A stretch of 64,000 nucleotides of DNA from Candidatus Poribacteria bacterium. GTDB lineage: Bacteria; Poribacteria; WGA-4E; PCPOR2b. The notes under the pieces are model-generated. The model saw only the letters and a list, made by a program, of their open reading frames with translations. It did not search any database and was not told the DNA's origin. The DNA lies in the NCBI GenBank assembly GCA_965208675.1, contig OZ242351.1, positions 160,001-224,000 of the forward strand, read 5' to 3'. Below are positions 1-9,796 of this stretch, one piece after another (position 1 is the first letter of the stretch; each line of letters begins with the position of its first letter). A program made the translations under genes and the position numbers.

Positions 1-1724
1 TTGAGGGCGCATTCAACTTGGGTTTCTTCAGCGAGAGTGATTGGGGTTACGAAGGATGGTTCAATTGGAAGCCGCTTTCAACTGGATCCACAATCGTTGA
101 ATGCGGCAAAGGGCAAGGGTTCGATGACCCATTCTTTATCGTAAACAATCGAGCAAAGGGAGAATTCTTAATCGGTCATCTAGCTTGGCCAGCGAATTGG
201 CGCATGGAATTCGACTGCCATGAAGGTGTCAATGCTGACTATGAACGGCGGTGGGGGCCCTTACGGTCTTCCGCACAGGATCTTCTGAAATTTAAGCTGG
301 GGCCCTCGGCAGATGCGCCGCAGCGCATTATTGCGCCAAGGGAGACAATCGAAACGCCCGCTGTTCACCTCGGACTCGTCTCAGGAGATCTCGACGTGGC
401 TGTTCAGGCGATGCACGACCATCTGCGGCGCTTTGTACTCCCGTCCGTCGGTTCCGATTCGACCTGCCGGATTCAGTTCTTGGTCCCCGGCGACCAAGGT
501 TACCTTGAACGCGGGGGTTATGCCTTCGACGAAAACACTGCTGCCGAGGAAAATGACCCGAATCAACGAATCTTCGATGAGGCGGCCGTACGCGAATGTA
601 TTGACATTGCCGAGTCAATCGGGGCGGAACTGTTCACACTTGACGCAGGATGGTGGGACGAACAAGGGGATTGGTTCCCATCTCCAAGCCGGTTTCCCCG
701 TGGTTTGGAGCCCCTTGTTAAATATGCCCATCAGAAGGGGCTTCGATTTGGAATGTACGGCGAGATTGAACGGGCGTACGGAAAAGGGTGTAGAATCGTT
801 AAGGAACACCCGGACTGGATTGGACCCAGTGGCATTTTGAACCTGACACGGCCCGAGGTAGCCGAATACGTTGAGTCCGAACTCGTCCGGCTAATCGAAG
901 GTTACGAATTGGACCTATTCAGACTCGACTACAATCCCCTTTTCACGTACGAAGGTCCTACAACACACCGAGACGGCTTTGTCGAAAACAACTATTGGCG
1001 GTATTATAGTGCATTCTACACCATATTTGACCGAATCCGCAAAAGATATCCCAATCTAATCCTGCAACAGTGCGCTGTCGGCGGAGCTCGTAACGATCTC
1101 GGCGTCGTCAGCCGGTTTCATGAGGCCTACCTCACCGATGTGCTATGGCTGCCACACGTTCTTCAAAACTACAGCGGATTGACAATGGGGCTGCCGCCTG
1201 AAATCATCGTTACGGCGTTCGGCGCCTGCCGAGAGGGAATCGGGTATCCTGAGAATTTCGATACCTTGCTGCGTTGTATCTTTACGCTCGGCACACCCTT
1301 GATTTTTGCCGGGATGGTCGGGCCAAGTCGAGAGGGATTGACCCGCGAACGCCGCAGCGATTTCCTACGGTACGCGAAGCTCTATCGGGAATTTATTCGT
1401 CCGGTGTTGCCCATGTGCAAAATGTACCATCACGCGCCCGTTTCCGCTCGCGGCGGCGTGACTTCAAGCGGTTGGTTTGCCGTGGAGTATGCGTCCACAG
1501 ACCGTTCAAAAGCTTGGGCGACAATTGCCAAGATTGGTAAGTGCGAATCCGACACATACCTTTTTATACCCAAAGGATTGCATCGGGGAAAGACCTACGC
1601 AATCACGATCGATAGCACTGGCGAATCAGCTACAGCCGACGGATTGCGTCTAGTTCAGGAAGGTATACCGATTCGGCTGGAATCCCTCGCCGCCTCCGAG
1701 CTACTGATGTTTGTTGAACAGTAA
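1..1724 (+). CDS. GH36-like alpha-galactosidase / glycoside hydrolase, 5'-truncated by the window edge
   Basis: The frame is open back to the window start. Variant GH36 motifs: LFTLDAGWW (cf. DDGW), GDWFPSPSRFPRGL, GLRFGMYGEIE, LFRLDYN (nucleophile region), QQCAVGGAR (cf. CxSGGGR). Confidence 0.8.
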   Translation, partial: EGAFNLGFFSESDWGYEGWFNWKPLSTGSTIVECGKGQGFDDPFFIVNNRAKGEFLIGHLAWPANWRMEFDCHEGVNADYERRWGPLRSSAQDLLKFKLGPSADAPQRIIAPRETIETPAVHLGLVSGDLDVAVQAMHDHLRRFVLPSVGSDSTCRIQFLVPGDQGYLERGGYAFDENTAAEENDPNQRIFDEAAVRECIDIAESIGAELFTLDAGWWDEQGDWFPSPSRFPRGLEPLVKYAHQKGLRFGMYGEIERAYGKGCRIVKEHPDWIGPSGILNLTRPEVAEYVESELVRLIEGYELDLFRLDYNPLFTYEGPTTHRDGFVENNYWRYYSAFYTIFDRIRKRYPNLILQQCAVGGARNDLGVVSRFHEAYLTDVLWLPHVLQNYSGLTMGLPPEIIVTAFGACREGIGYPENFDTLLRCIFTLGTPLIFAGMVGPSREGLTRERRSDFLRYAKLYREFIRPVLPMCKMYHHAPVSARGGVTSSGWFAVEYASTDRSKAWATIAKIGKCESDTYLFIPKGLHRGKTYAITIDSTGESATADGLRLVQEGIPIRLESLAASELLMFVEQ

Positions 1725-1765
1725 TACCCCGAAAATCCTTACCCATACAAGCGGGAACCACTTCA

Positions 1766-2000
1766 TTCTCCCCCTCGTAGGAGGGGAGTTAAATTTGAAA
1801 CAATCCGATTCTTCCCCCTCTCTAGGGGACTTAGCACGTAAACATTCCATTTCTTCCCCAATCATATGGGACTTTGTAGGTAAACACTCCATTTCTTCGC
1901 CAATCATAGGGGAGTTAGAACGTAAACAATTCAATTCTTCCCCTTACAAAGGGGCATTCACTTCATTTCCTCCCCCTTACTAAGGGGGAGCGAGAGGGGG
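1766..2000. repeat. Degenerate ~42-bp tandem repeat (5 units) followed by the palindrome CTCCCCCTTA-C-TAAGGGGGAG
   Basis: Units begin TTCTTC(C/G)CC at 1809, 1851, 1893 and 1935 (exact 42-bp period), with a looser unit at ~1766. Each contains a CCCC..GGGG-like mini-hairpin. The palindrome is at 1970-1990. Confidence 0.8.
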
Positions 2001-2013
2001 TAATCAACAAACA

Positions 2014-3009
2014 ATGAAAAACCAAACAACAAACAATCTGCCCCAACCCACGACCAATCTGCGCATCGCAAAGACACATCTGGACGAATTCGGTTATTGC
2101 CTCGTAGCTGATGCGCTCAGTGCTGATGCGGTGGCGCGTTTACGAACCCGACTAGAAGAGCAGGCAACTGCCGAGAAACAGCGCGGGCTTGCCTTCGAGG
2201 ACGGAGGTGCAACGCAGAACTGGGGGGACTTTCGAAAACCGGACGGCAGTCTCAGGCCTGAAGCCTTTACCGAGGAACATGGAGGGCGTAACCAACGCAT
2301 CTGGATGCTAATCAACAAAGGGGTGGTCTTCCACCATCTGTTATTCCATGAGCGTATCCGCGAATTGATTTCTTACCGGCTCGGCGACGAATTCCTGTTA
2401 TCCAGCCATACCGCGAATATTGCCAAACCGGGCGGCGTCGCCATGGATTTGCACACCGATCAGTGGTGGATGCCGGCGCCAACACGTCGAGACCGGTCTC
2501 CGTTGCCGCCGGGTTCAATTAACCGTCGCCGCTTCGACGTGGATAAAGCAGGGCCTCCCCTGATGATCGCCCCATCCGTCGTCGTGAACGTCCTGTGGAT
2601 GTTGAGCGGTTTCACTGCCGAAAACGGTGGAACGCGGGTGGTGCCGCGGAGCCATCTTATCGGGCGGCAACCGGACGCTGATCGGGACACGGACGTTGAA
2701 ACCGTAGCCGCTGAAGGACGTGCCGGAACCGCTTTGGTGTTGGATGGACGTACGTGGCACGGTACCGGCGCTAATGTGACCGATGCCCCGAGGTGGGCAG
2801 TAATTTCGACGTTCTGCGGTCCGCAGTTCCGTCCACAGGAGAATTTTACCGTCGGTACATCATCTGAGGTGCTGAAACAGGCGTCCCCGGAACTATTATC
2901 ACTCCTGGGTTTTAAAGTATGGAATGCCTACGGCCGCATCGAAAGCCCCGCGGTCGAATTCATTTCACCAAGCGATACCTCACTCGGCGAAATGCAGCCC
3001 GATCCATAA
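2014..3009 (+). CDS. Phytanoyl-CoA dioxygenase (PhyH) family Fe(II)/2OG oxygenase
   Basis: HxD (LHTDQ), NGGTRVVPRSH, distal His (TWHG), conserved Arg (PRWA). Confidence 0.85.
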   Translation: MKNQTTNNLPQPTTNLRIAKTHLDEFGYCLVADALSADAVARLRTRLEEQATAEKQRGLAFEDGGATQNWGDFRKPDGSLRPEAFTEEHGGRNQRIWMLINKGVVFHHLLFHERIRELISYRLGDEFLLSSHTANIAKPGGVAMDLHTDQWWMPAPTRRDRSPLPPGSINRRRFDVDKAGPPLMIAPSVVVNVLWMLSGFTAENGGTRVVPRSHLIGRQPDADRDTDVETVAAEGRAGTALVLDGRTWHGTGANVTDAPRWAVISTFCGPQFRPQENFTVGTSSEVLKQASPELLSLLGFKVWNAYGRIESPAVEFISPSDTSLGEMQPDP

Positions 3010-3491
3010 TGCGGTGCCGCACCTACATCATTTCGTTGGAAAGACTTACCATCTACTCCTCCGTCATTAACGACGGCGGGAGACGCTTCAAAACTGCCAG
3101 GCAACCATAACATCTCCCATTGATGGACACATTGAAACGGCTGCAAAACGTAATCACCGAATCCGCATCGTTGCCAGAACCATCGCTTTCCGTTGAATTT
3201 GCGTACGTGCACGGGTAAGCCCAATGTGAACTTCTCTTCAGCCGATACGCCGTTGTTTACCGCCTTGAAAACGACGCTAATCATTTGGTATACTTGCGGT
3301 GCGAAGCGAATCGGTGAGATAGCACGTGCGGCGTGGATTCGATAATTTGCTCTACTCATTTGGAACGGACTGGCCGATGTTTCCGGCACTGTAAAAACCT
3401 GTCACCGAACTAGGTTAGAAAACTTTAAGCAAAAACCCGCCAATAGATCGCTATCGCTAGATTTAATTATGATTACGAGAGTTCAAAGTAG

Positions 3492-4574
3492 ATGATGTCC
3501 CCCAAAGAAACCGTGCAGTTTCAGAATGAGCTTACGGACTGGTTCGATGCACATCACCGTAAATTACCTTGGCGTGATACTCAAAACCCGTACGGTATCT
3601 GGGTCTCTGAGGTAATGCTTCAACAAACTCAGGTCACAAAGGTGCTGCATTATTACCAGGATTTTTTGGACAAATTTCCCGATGTTCAGTGTTTGGCTGA
3701 GGCAAACCTACAAGACGTGTTGAAAGCTTGGGAAGGCCTAGGCTACTACGCCAGAGCTCGAAATCTGCACAAAGCCGCCAAAGTAATAGTCTCGGATTTT
3801 GGCGGCAAAATACCGGCGGATTACGCAATTTTCCGGAATTTGCCGGGTGTCGGGGACTATATTGCCGCGGCTGTACAGAGTATCGCGTTTCATGCGCCTT
3901 ACGCAGTAGTGGATGGCAACGTAAAACGAGTCGTGGCGCGGTTGTTTCTCATTAATTCGCCTATCAACGCATCGTCCTCTAGTAAGACGTTTCAAAACAT
4001 GGCTGACATGTTGTTGGATCGAGATTCGCCGGGCGCATTTAATCAAGCGATGATGGAATTAGGTGCAACGGTTTGCCGCCCAAAATCTCCGCTTTGCGTC
4101 GTCTGTCCCGTAAAATCCGTATGTTGTGCTTTTCAATTTGCGCGGCAGCAAGAATTTCCAATCCGACTCAAACCCAAACCGCTTCCGGAATATCGCCTTG
4201 CAGTAGGTGTTGTCCGCAGAAATAACCACGTTCTAATTACTCAGCGAAAATTTGATGGATTACTTGGCGGTTTGTGGGAATTTCCCGGTGATGAAATCAG
4301 AGAGCAGGAGACGCCTCAAGAGGCTTGTATCCGGCAGGTTAAAGAACATGTCAATCTCACCGTTGAGGTAACCGAATTCCTCACGCGAGTCAAGCACGCT
4401 TTCACGCACTTCAAGATTGTCGCAGATGTCTTTTGCTGCCGTTACCAATCCGGCGAAGTCGCCTTAAACGGGCCGATCGATCATCGCTGGATTACGGTTG
4501 ACGAAATCGATCAATTCCCTTTTCCACGCGCCCATCATCAAATCATTCCTCGTGTTAAGGGAAATTCGGCTTAA
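3492..4574 (+). CDS. mutY: A/G-specific adenine glycosylase MutY
   Basis: LPWR, WVSEVMLQQTQV, WEGLGYYARARNL, HhH LPGVGDY, VDGNVKRV, 4Fe-4S CRPKSPLCVVCPVKSVC, C-terminal Nudix-like GGLWEFPG. Confidence 0.97.
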   Translation: MMSPKETVQFQNELTDWFDAHHRKLPWRDTQNPYGIWVSEVMLQQTQVTKVLHYYQDFLDKFPDVQCLAEANLQDVLKAWEGLGYYARARNLHKAAKVIVSDFGGKIPADYAIFRNLPGVGDYIAAAVQSIAFHAPYAVVDGNVKRVVARLFLINSPINASSSSKTFQNMADMLLDRDSPGAFNQAMMELGATVCRPKSPLCVVCPVKSVCCAFQFARQQEFPIRLKPKPLPEYRLAVGVVRRNNHVLITQRKFDGLLGGLWEFPGDEIREQETPQEACIRQVKEHVNLTVEVTEFLTRVKHAFTHFKIVADVFCCRYQSGEVALNGPIDHRWITVDEIDQFPFPRAHHQIIPRVKGNSA

Positions 4575-4783
4575 ACGCTGCCGGAGATGATTACCCGGTA
4601 AGTTGATATAAAACCGCCGCCTGCAAATAGTAGTTGAGTTGGTGCTCTGTGTTTATGCCATTTCAGGTTTTGCCGGTAATAAGTGTTTTTGCGGCCGGGT
4701 ACAGCGTTGCAATGATGCAACTTCCAGCACGAGTTTGGGTATAATACAGTAATTACCAAATGACGCTGTGCGAGGAGCACACA

Positions 4784-5326
4784 ATGAAATATAGATTCTT
4801 GAAACCCACCCTACTGCTGATTTCCTTCTCGTTAATCGGTTTCAATCTCGCCTGCAAGCAGGCGCGAGAAAGTGCAACCGTATCGGGAAAAAACGCGGAA
4901 TTACAAGAACAGAAAGAGGTAAATATGTCGGAGAAAGTCGAAAAAACAGAGGAAGAGTGGCGGCAGTTACTGACGCCCGAGCAATTTCACGTAACTCGGA
5001 GAAAGGGAACCGAACGGGCTTTCACTGGTGAATATCACGACTTTAAGGGAAAAGGCGTGTACAAGTGCATCTGTTGTGGAACCGAGCTCTTCAGTTCTGA
5101 AACGAAGTATGACTCTGGAACGGGATGGCCCAGCTTCTGGCAGCCGATTTCGGCGTATAAGATTAGTACCGAAACCGATAAGAGTTTCTTTATGACCCGT
5201 ACTGAAGTATTGTGCAGTCAATGTGATGCACATCTCGGTCACGTTTTTGAAGATGGGCCGCCGCCGACCGGGCTTCGTTATTGCATCAATTCTGTCGCGC
5301 TCAATTTCGCTGAGAAGCGAGAGTAG
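4784..5326 (+). CDS. msrB: Peptide-methionine (R)-S-oxide reductase MsrB with N-terminal lipoprotein signal peptide
   Basis: [19 protein letters not shown], CxxC pairs, [16 protein letters not shown]. Start at 4784 follows RBS GAGGAG. Signal [24 protein letters not shown]. Confidence 0.95.
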   Translation: MKYRFLKPTLLLISFSLIGFNLACKQARESATVSGKNAELQEQKEVNMSEKVEKTEEEWRQLLTPEQFHVTRRKGTERAFTGEYHDFKGKGVYKCICCGTELFSSETKYDSGTGWPSFWQPISAYKISTETDKSFFMTRTEVLCSQCDAHLGHVFEDGPPPTGLRYCINSVALNFAEKRE

Positions 5327-5461
5327 AAATGGATAATGCTAATCCCAACGCTCAACCCAATAAAGCTAATCGGCCGTTTCTTCGGTTCAGCTAAACGGTT
5401 CTTGCTTGGATTGCGGTGCTCCCTCACTTTGTGTACTCCAGTTACAAAGAACAAAATTGGG

Positions 5462-5490
5462 TTGACAACGACAAAAACCTTCAGTAGAAT
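5462..5490 (+). promoter_or_regulatory. sigma70-type promoter
   Basis: TTGACA-17 nt-TAGAAT upstream of the 5567 ORF. Confidence 0.7.
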
Positions 5491-5566
5491 TAGTAAAATA
5501 AGTGTTCGCCGCAGTGCGGATACGAATTCCCATATTGACGATTCAGGAGTGTTAGCGAGGTAAATT

Positions 5567-5926
5567 ATGGCAAATGAAAATGCTCTACAGAACGGTGATG
5601 GAGCGGTTGAAGCGCACAGTGGTGTCCTAATCAGTACAAACCAGGTGCAGTCTATCAATGTCCCAGGAAAATTCTCCAAAGAAAAAACTTCAGATGGGTG
5701 GCAAATCAGACTTCATGATGCTTGCAAGGTCGTAATTAATCTCACCACGAGCATGCGAAAAATTGAAATTAATTTAATCAAAGGCGATAGAATTGAAAAA
5801 GACGGGTCAGATATTCTCGTAATTAGAAACCATCCCGCTGATGTTTACAGATCACAGAGCCAGCCATCGCCGCTCGCCCGAAGCCGTGATGAGTTATTGC
5901 AACAGGGTGAAGCCGCGAAGGTGTAG
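5567..5926 (+). CDS. Hypothetical protein (119 aa)
   Basis: RBS GAGGT before the ATG and a strong upstream promoter. No motif recognised. Confidence 0.65.
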   Translation: MANENALQNGDGAVEAHSGVLISTNQVQSINVPGKFSKEKTSDGWQIRLHDACKVVINLTTSMRKIEINLIKGDRIEKDGSDILVIRNHPADVYRSQSQPSPLARSRDELLQQGEAAKV

Positions 5927-6114
5927 AAGATTTAACTCTAGATTAGAGCGCGGCCAAAACTCGACCGCATGAGTAGTGTCGCAACCAAGAGTGATAAGGC
6001 GGTATTCCGCGAACGAGGGTGCGGATAACGTAGTGTCATGGTCTCCGAGTGCGGTACATCTACCGAAGTAGTTTTGATAGCGCACGTATTTTTTAGGCAG
6101 TGGAGCGGACTGGC

Positions 6115-6642
6115 GTGAGACTAGAAAATACAACTTCAACACTTGATAGAATCCACAATATAGTTTTCAGCTTGCGCGGGGCAATGGCTCCAGCCCAGAT
6201 TATATTCAGCCCCGAAACATACCAAGAAATCATAAATCAGCAGGTTGTTCGACAAGCTATCAATGCTGAATCAGACGTCAGGCAAATGCTGGAGCGTCAT
6301 TTTTCAACGCCAATCGCGATTCGGGAGGAGAATTCCGATGTAATTATTACGAAGGAACTCTATCCAAACCCTTGCCCGATTTGTGGGTGTCGAATTCCAT
6401 TCCTGCGGGAACTCATTGAACGCCTCGAATCACAGCCTACCAGAAGGATTCGGTGTCCGAGAGGACATCGCTACGAGGGAGAGATTAAAACCTACTACCT
6501 TAACATTCGTCACGACCCCAATCCCCTAAAATCAAACGCCCACCCGACCTGCCCTCAATGTGGAAGTAAAAATTTACAAAAACTAAGCCAAACCGATTTT
6601 TTCTGCCTCGATTGTGAATGGGATAACCTCCTACAAATTTAG
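6115..6642 (+). CDS. Hypothetical protein with two zinc-ribbon motifs
   Basis: CPICG...CPRGH and CPQCG...CLDC. Start is GTG at 6115 (or 6100). Confidence 0.7.
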   Translation: MRLENTTSTLDRIHNIVFSLRGAMAPAQIIFSPETYQEIINQQVVRQAINAESDVRQMLERHFSTPIAIREENSDVIITKELYPNPCPICGCRIPFLRELIERLESQPTRRIRCPRGHRYEGEIKTYYLNIRHDPNPLKSNAHPTCPQCGSKNLQKLSQTDFFCLDCEWDNLLQI

Positions 6643-6811
6643 TCGTCAGGCGGGCAGATACGGTAGAGTGCTATTCTTGCCCATAATCGTATGATAAGTG
6701 TGTACCGCTTGTTTTTGATTGGGTAGTAAGAGAATCCATCCGCACCACGCTGATGATCCCGCTGGAAAGATGCCTTGTGTAATTTAAAATAACCCAGCAA
6801 AAGGAGAAAAG

Positions 6812-8426
6812 ATGAAAAAAAATCCGCGTTGCGGCATTCAGTGAATTACAGGACCGCCAACCCGCTCACGCATTGGTCGGAAACGTAGACCTGGTGATTA
6901 TTAAATACGACGATGATATTTCGGTGTTGTACGGGCGATGTCTTCACCGCGGTGCCCTGCTCGCAGACGGACATATTGATGGAAAAAACATAATATGCGG
7001 GCTGCACAATTGGGATTATCGCTACGATACGGGTATCAGTGAATATCACAATGAGGAGCAGTTGGAGAAATTCACGGCGTGGATTGAGGACGATGCTGTA
7101 TTTGTGGATGAAGAGGAAATCATTGCTTGGGAGAAGAAGAATCCTGAACCCTACATACGTGACGAATATCAAGGAGCATACCAAGATATACACGGCACAT
7201 CTGAAGAACCCTATGTGGGCTACATTCGCCATCTAGCCAGTTATGGGCTAAGCAAGGTCGGAAATCACGGCCGTATGGACGCGATGGGTGTGCCAAGGGA
7301 CCAACTTCCTAGCTGGGACGATCTACAATTTGTCACCGCTCAATTACAAGAATTCCCGCAGCTAGATGATGTTCCGGTTGGAACGGAATTGACCATAGTT
7401 CGAAACGCCAAAAAACCGCTCTACCTTGACATTCCCGTTTTTGTTTCTGACATGAGTTTTGGCACTTTGTCCGCGGAAGCAAAAATTGCCTTAGCGCGAG
7501 GCGCCGAAATGTCTGGGACGGGAATTTGTTCTGGAGAAGGCGGAATGCTGCCGGAAGAGCAGGCCGAAAACAGCCGTTATTTTTACGAGTTGGCTTCCGC
7601 GCGCTTCGGATTCTCCTTCGACAAACTCAACCTAGTTCAAGCCTTTCACTTCAAAGGGGGGCAAGGCGCAAAATCCGGCACAGGCGGTAATCTCCCAGCG
7701 GAAAAAGTCAAAGGAAGAATTGCCGAGGTGCGGGGGATAATAGCAGGACAGCCGGCTGTGTCACCGGCTCGATTTGTCGACTGGAACAGTTTGGAGGACT
7801 TCAAAGCATTTGCAGGCGAGGTACGTAAACTGACCGGCGGAATTCCCATCGGATTTAAGTTATCCGCACAGCACATTGAGGAGGACATCAATTCCGCCCT
7901 TCAAATCCCGGTTGACTACATCATTCTTGACGGGCGCGGAGGAGGTACGGGCGCAGCACCACAAATTTTTAGGGACAACATTTCAGTACCAACTATGCCA
8001 GCCATTGCGCGTGCGCGAAAATACTTGGACGAAACTGGGAATAGCAATGTTACCTTGATTGCCACCGGTGGCTTGCGGAGTCCTGCTGATTTCGCAAAAG
8101 CGTTAGCCCTCGGCGCTGACGGTGTAGCAATTGCCAACTCCGCGATGCAGGCAATCGGATGTGTCGGAATGCGTGCGTGCCATACCAACAATTGCCCGGT
8201 AGGAATCGCAACGCAAAAGGAAAACCTCCGTGCTCGGCTGATTGTGGATCAGGCCGCGCGCCGGCTCAACCGCTTTCTCGGCGCCGCAACTGAATTGATG
8301 CAGGCACTTGCTCGCGCCTGTGGGCACACGCATTTGAATCAACTGTGTGCGGCCGATTTAACAACCTGGAAACGCGATGTTGCTTACTTGACCGGCGTTA
8401 AATACGCGGGAATTGTTCCGTTATAG
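6812..8426 (+). CDS. Rieske 2Fe-2S domain fused to FMN-binding glutamate synthase-like domain; apparent 1-nt insertion in an A8 run near the start
   Basis: Rieske CLH...CGLH; SDMSFG, SGEGG, KGGQGAK, DGRGGGTGAAP, CxxxxxCHTNNCPVGIATQ. RBS AAGGAG plus ATG at 6812 joins the long frame only if the A8 run (6815-6822) is A7. Confidence 0.85.
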
Positions 8427-8579
8427 GCTAACGTTAACCCCACCTTTTTTGACTTGCCGCGGCTAACCCGCTGCTGCCGGTGATCAAGGAATCTCTAGAC
8501 GGATTTCCGTTAGAAGAACTATCCAAACCATAGCGAATTTTATCAATATTCCAGTCTCGGTTGGATTCATTTGCACTTT

Positions 8580-9608
8580 TCACCCATCTACCAGCGTCCC
8601 ACCCTGGTGCAATGATCTCCGGCGCGTGATTATGGGTTGAACCTGCGCTATCCACTCGCCAAGTCTAATTAACTTTTTCTGGAAATCTTCTCTGGACAAA
8701 AAGCCGATTCGGTCCAAAAATCGCTTACAGTGCGAATAATGTTTTGAAGAATCGGACGCATGGTTGTCAGAGAGAATCGAATGCATTGCGCTCATCAAGG
8801 TCAGAATTGGCCAAATCGCCTCTCGATAGTAACCTTCGGCTAACATCTGCCGTATCCCGTGCTCCCAATATGCACGTTTGTCCAGAGAAATATGGAAGTG
8901 AGGTATATCGCTAAAGGTGTTGACGTATGTAATGCTGTCAAGCACATCAATCAAAAACGTCTCGACTTCCGTTTCACCGACACCCTCCGCACCTAGCGTT
9001 TCCAACCCTGCCGGGTACAGTTCAGGGGCATCTAGGCGAACACTCACATCTTTCAATTCAACCATTAATCTGCGGTGATTCGGAACTTCGTTCAACATCA
9101 GGGCTGGTGATTCGCCAGTCCAGAAAATTGCGCAGCGCACATCCCAAAGGGAAGCCTGTTCTCCTGACTCAAAGCTGCCGCGAATTCTGTCGTACAGCGA
9201 CTTGGCGGCATCCAGCAGACGCTGGCTTCGCTCGATTTGGTATGAAGGGTGATCGTAAACTGAAAGAATATCCGCTCTAACTTGACCCAACCAGCCAGTC
9301 GGATCGTATACAATGATTCCCTTTGCGAGTTCTAATGCAAGAAATGAAGCATTTAATAGCGTATTCCAGTCGTCGAAACGCCGCTTGGGAAAGAATGTCC
9401 ATTCGAGCGGGACACCATGTTTCATCTCAAAAAACCCGGCTTCTAGCCCGTCCGCTTCAATGACAACTCGCAGGTCGACATCAGCATAATCCGGTGGCGG
9501 CTTCTTTACGATTGAACCGCACGCAAATACACTAATTACGTCTCCACGTTCCCGTGCGAGTCGGGTAGACTCTTCCGCCGCTACTTCTAAACAGAATTCC
9601 CGGTCCAT
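8580..9608 (-). CDS. Nucleotidyltransferase (pol-beta/KNTase-like) with helical C-terminal domain
   Basis: hGS..DxD signature (FACGSIV...ADVDL) and IVYDPTGWL. Confidence 0.7.
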   Translation of the reverse strand: MDREFCLEVAAEESTRLARERGDVISVFACGSIVKKPPPDYADVDLRVVIEADGLEAGFFEMKHGVPLEWTFFPKRRFDDWNTLLNASFLALELAKGIIVYDPTGWLGQVRADILSVYDHPSYQIERSQRLLDAAKSLYDRIRGSFESGEQASLWDVRCAIFWTGESPALMLNEVPNHRRLMVELKDVSVRLDAPELYPAGLETLGAEGVGETEVETFLIDVLDSITYVNTFSDIPHFHISLDKRAYWEHGIRQMLAEGYYREAIWPILTLMSAMHSILSDNHASDSSKHYSHCKRFLDRIGFLSREDFQKKLIRLGEWIAQVQPIITRRRSLHQGGTLVDG

Positions 9609-9796
9609 TGTCGATTATCCCCCAAGAAGGTAACATCAATGGCTGCACAGCATCTATTTCTACCAATACGGAAGAGACAGGTTATTACAAAATTGCGGTC
9701 AAGTTTTCTGCAAACTGACGGCACCGCCGCCATGCCGCCTCAACTCGAATTTCACAGAAAATTCGGCGTAGTTTAGGTTTCTGGCGCACTTCCTTC

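Noticed and set aside
1766-1976. Possible CRISPR array
   Set aside because: Units are degenerate along their whole length, there are no unique spacers between identical repeats, and there are no cas genes.
2928-3389. 153-aa minus-strand ORF
   Set aside because: It overlaps the end of the PhyH gene and has no recognisable motif or RBS, so it cannot be supported.
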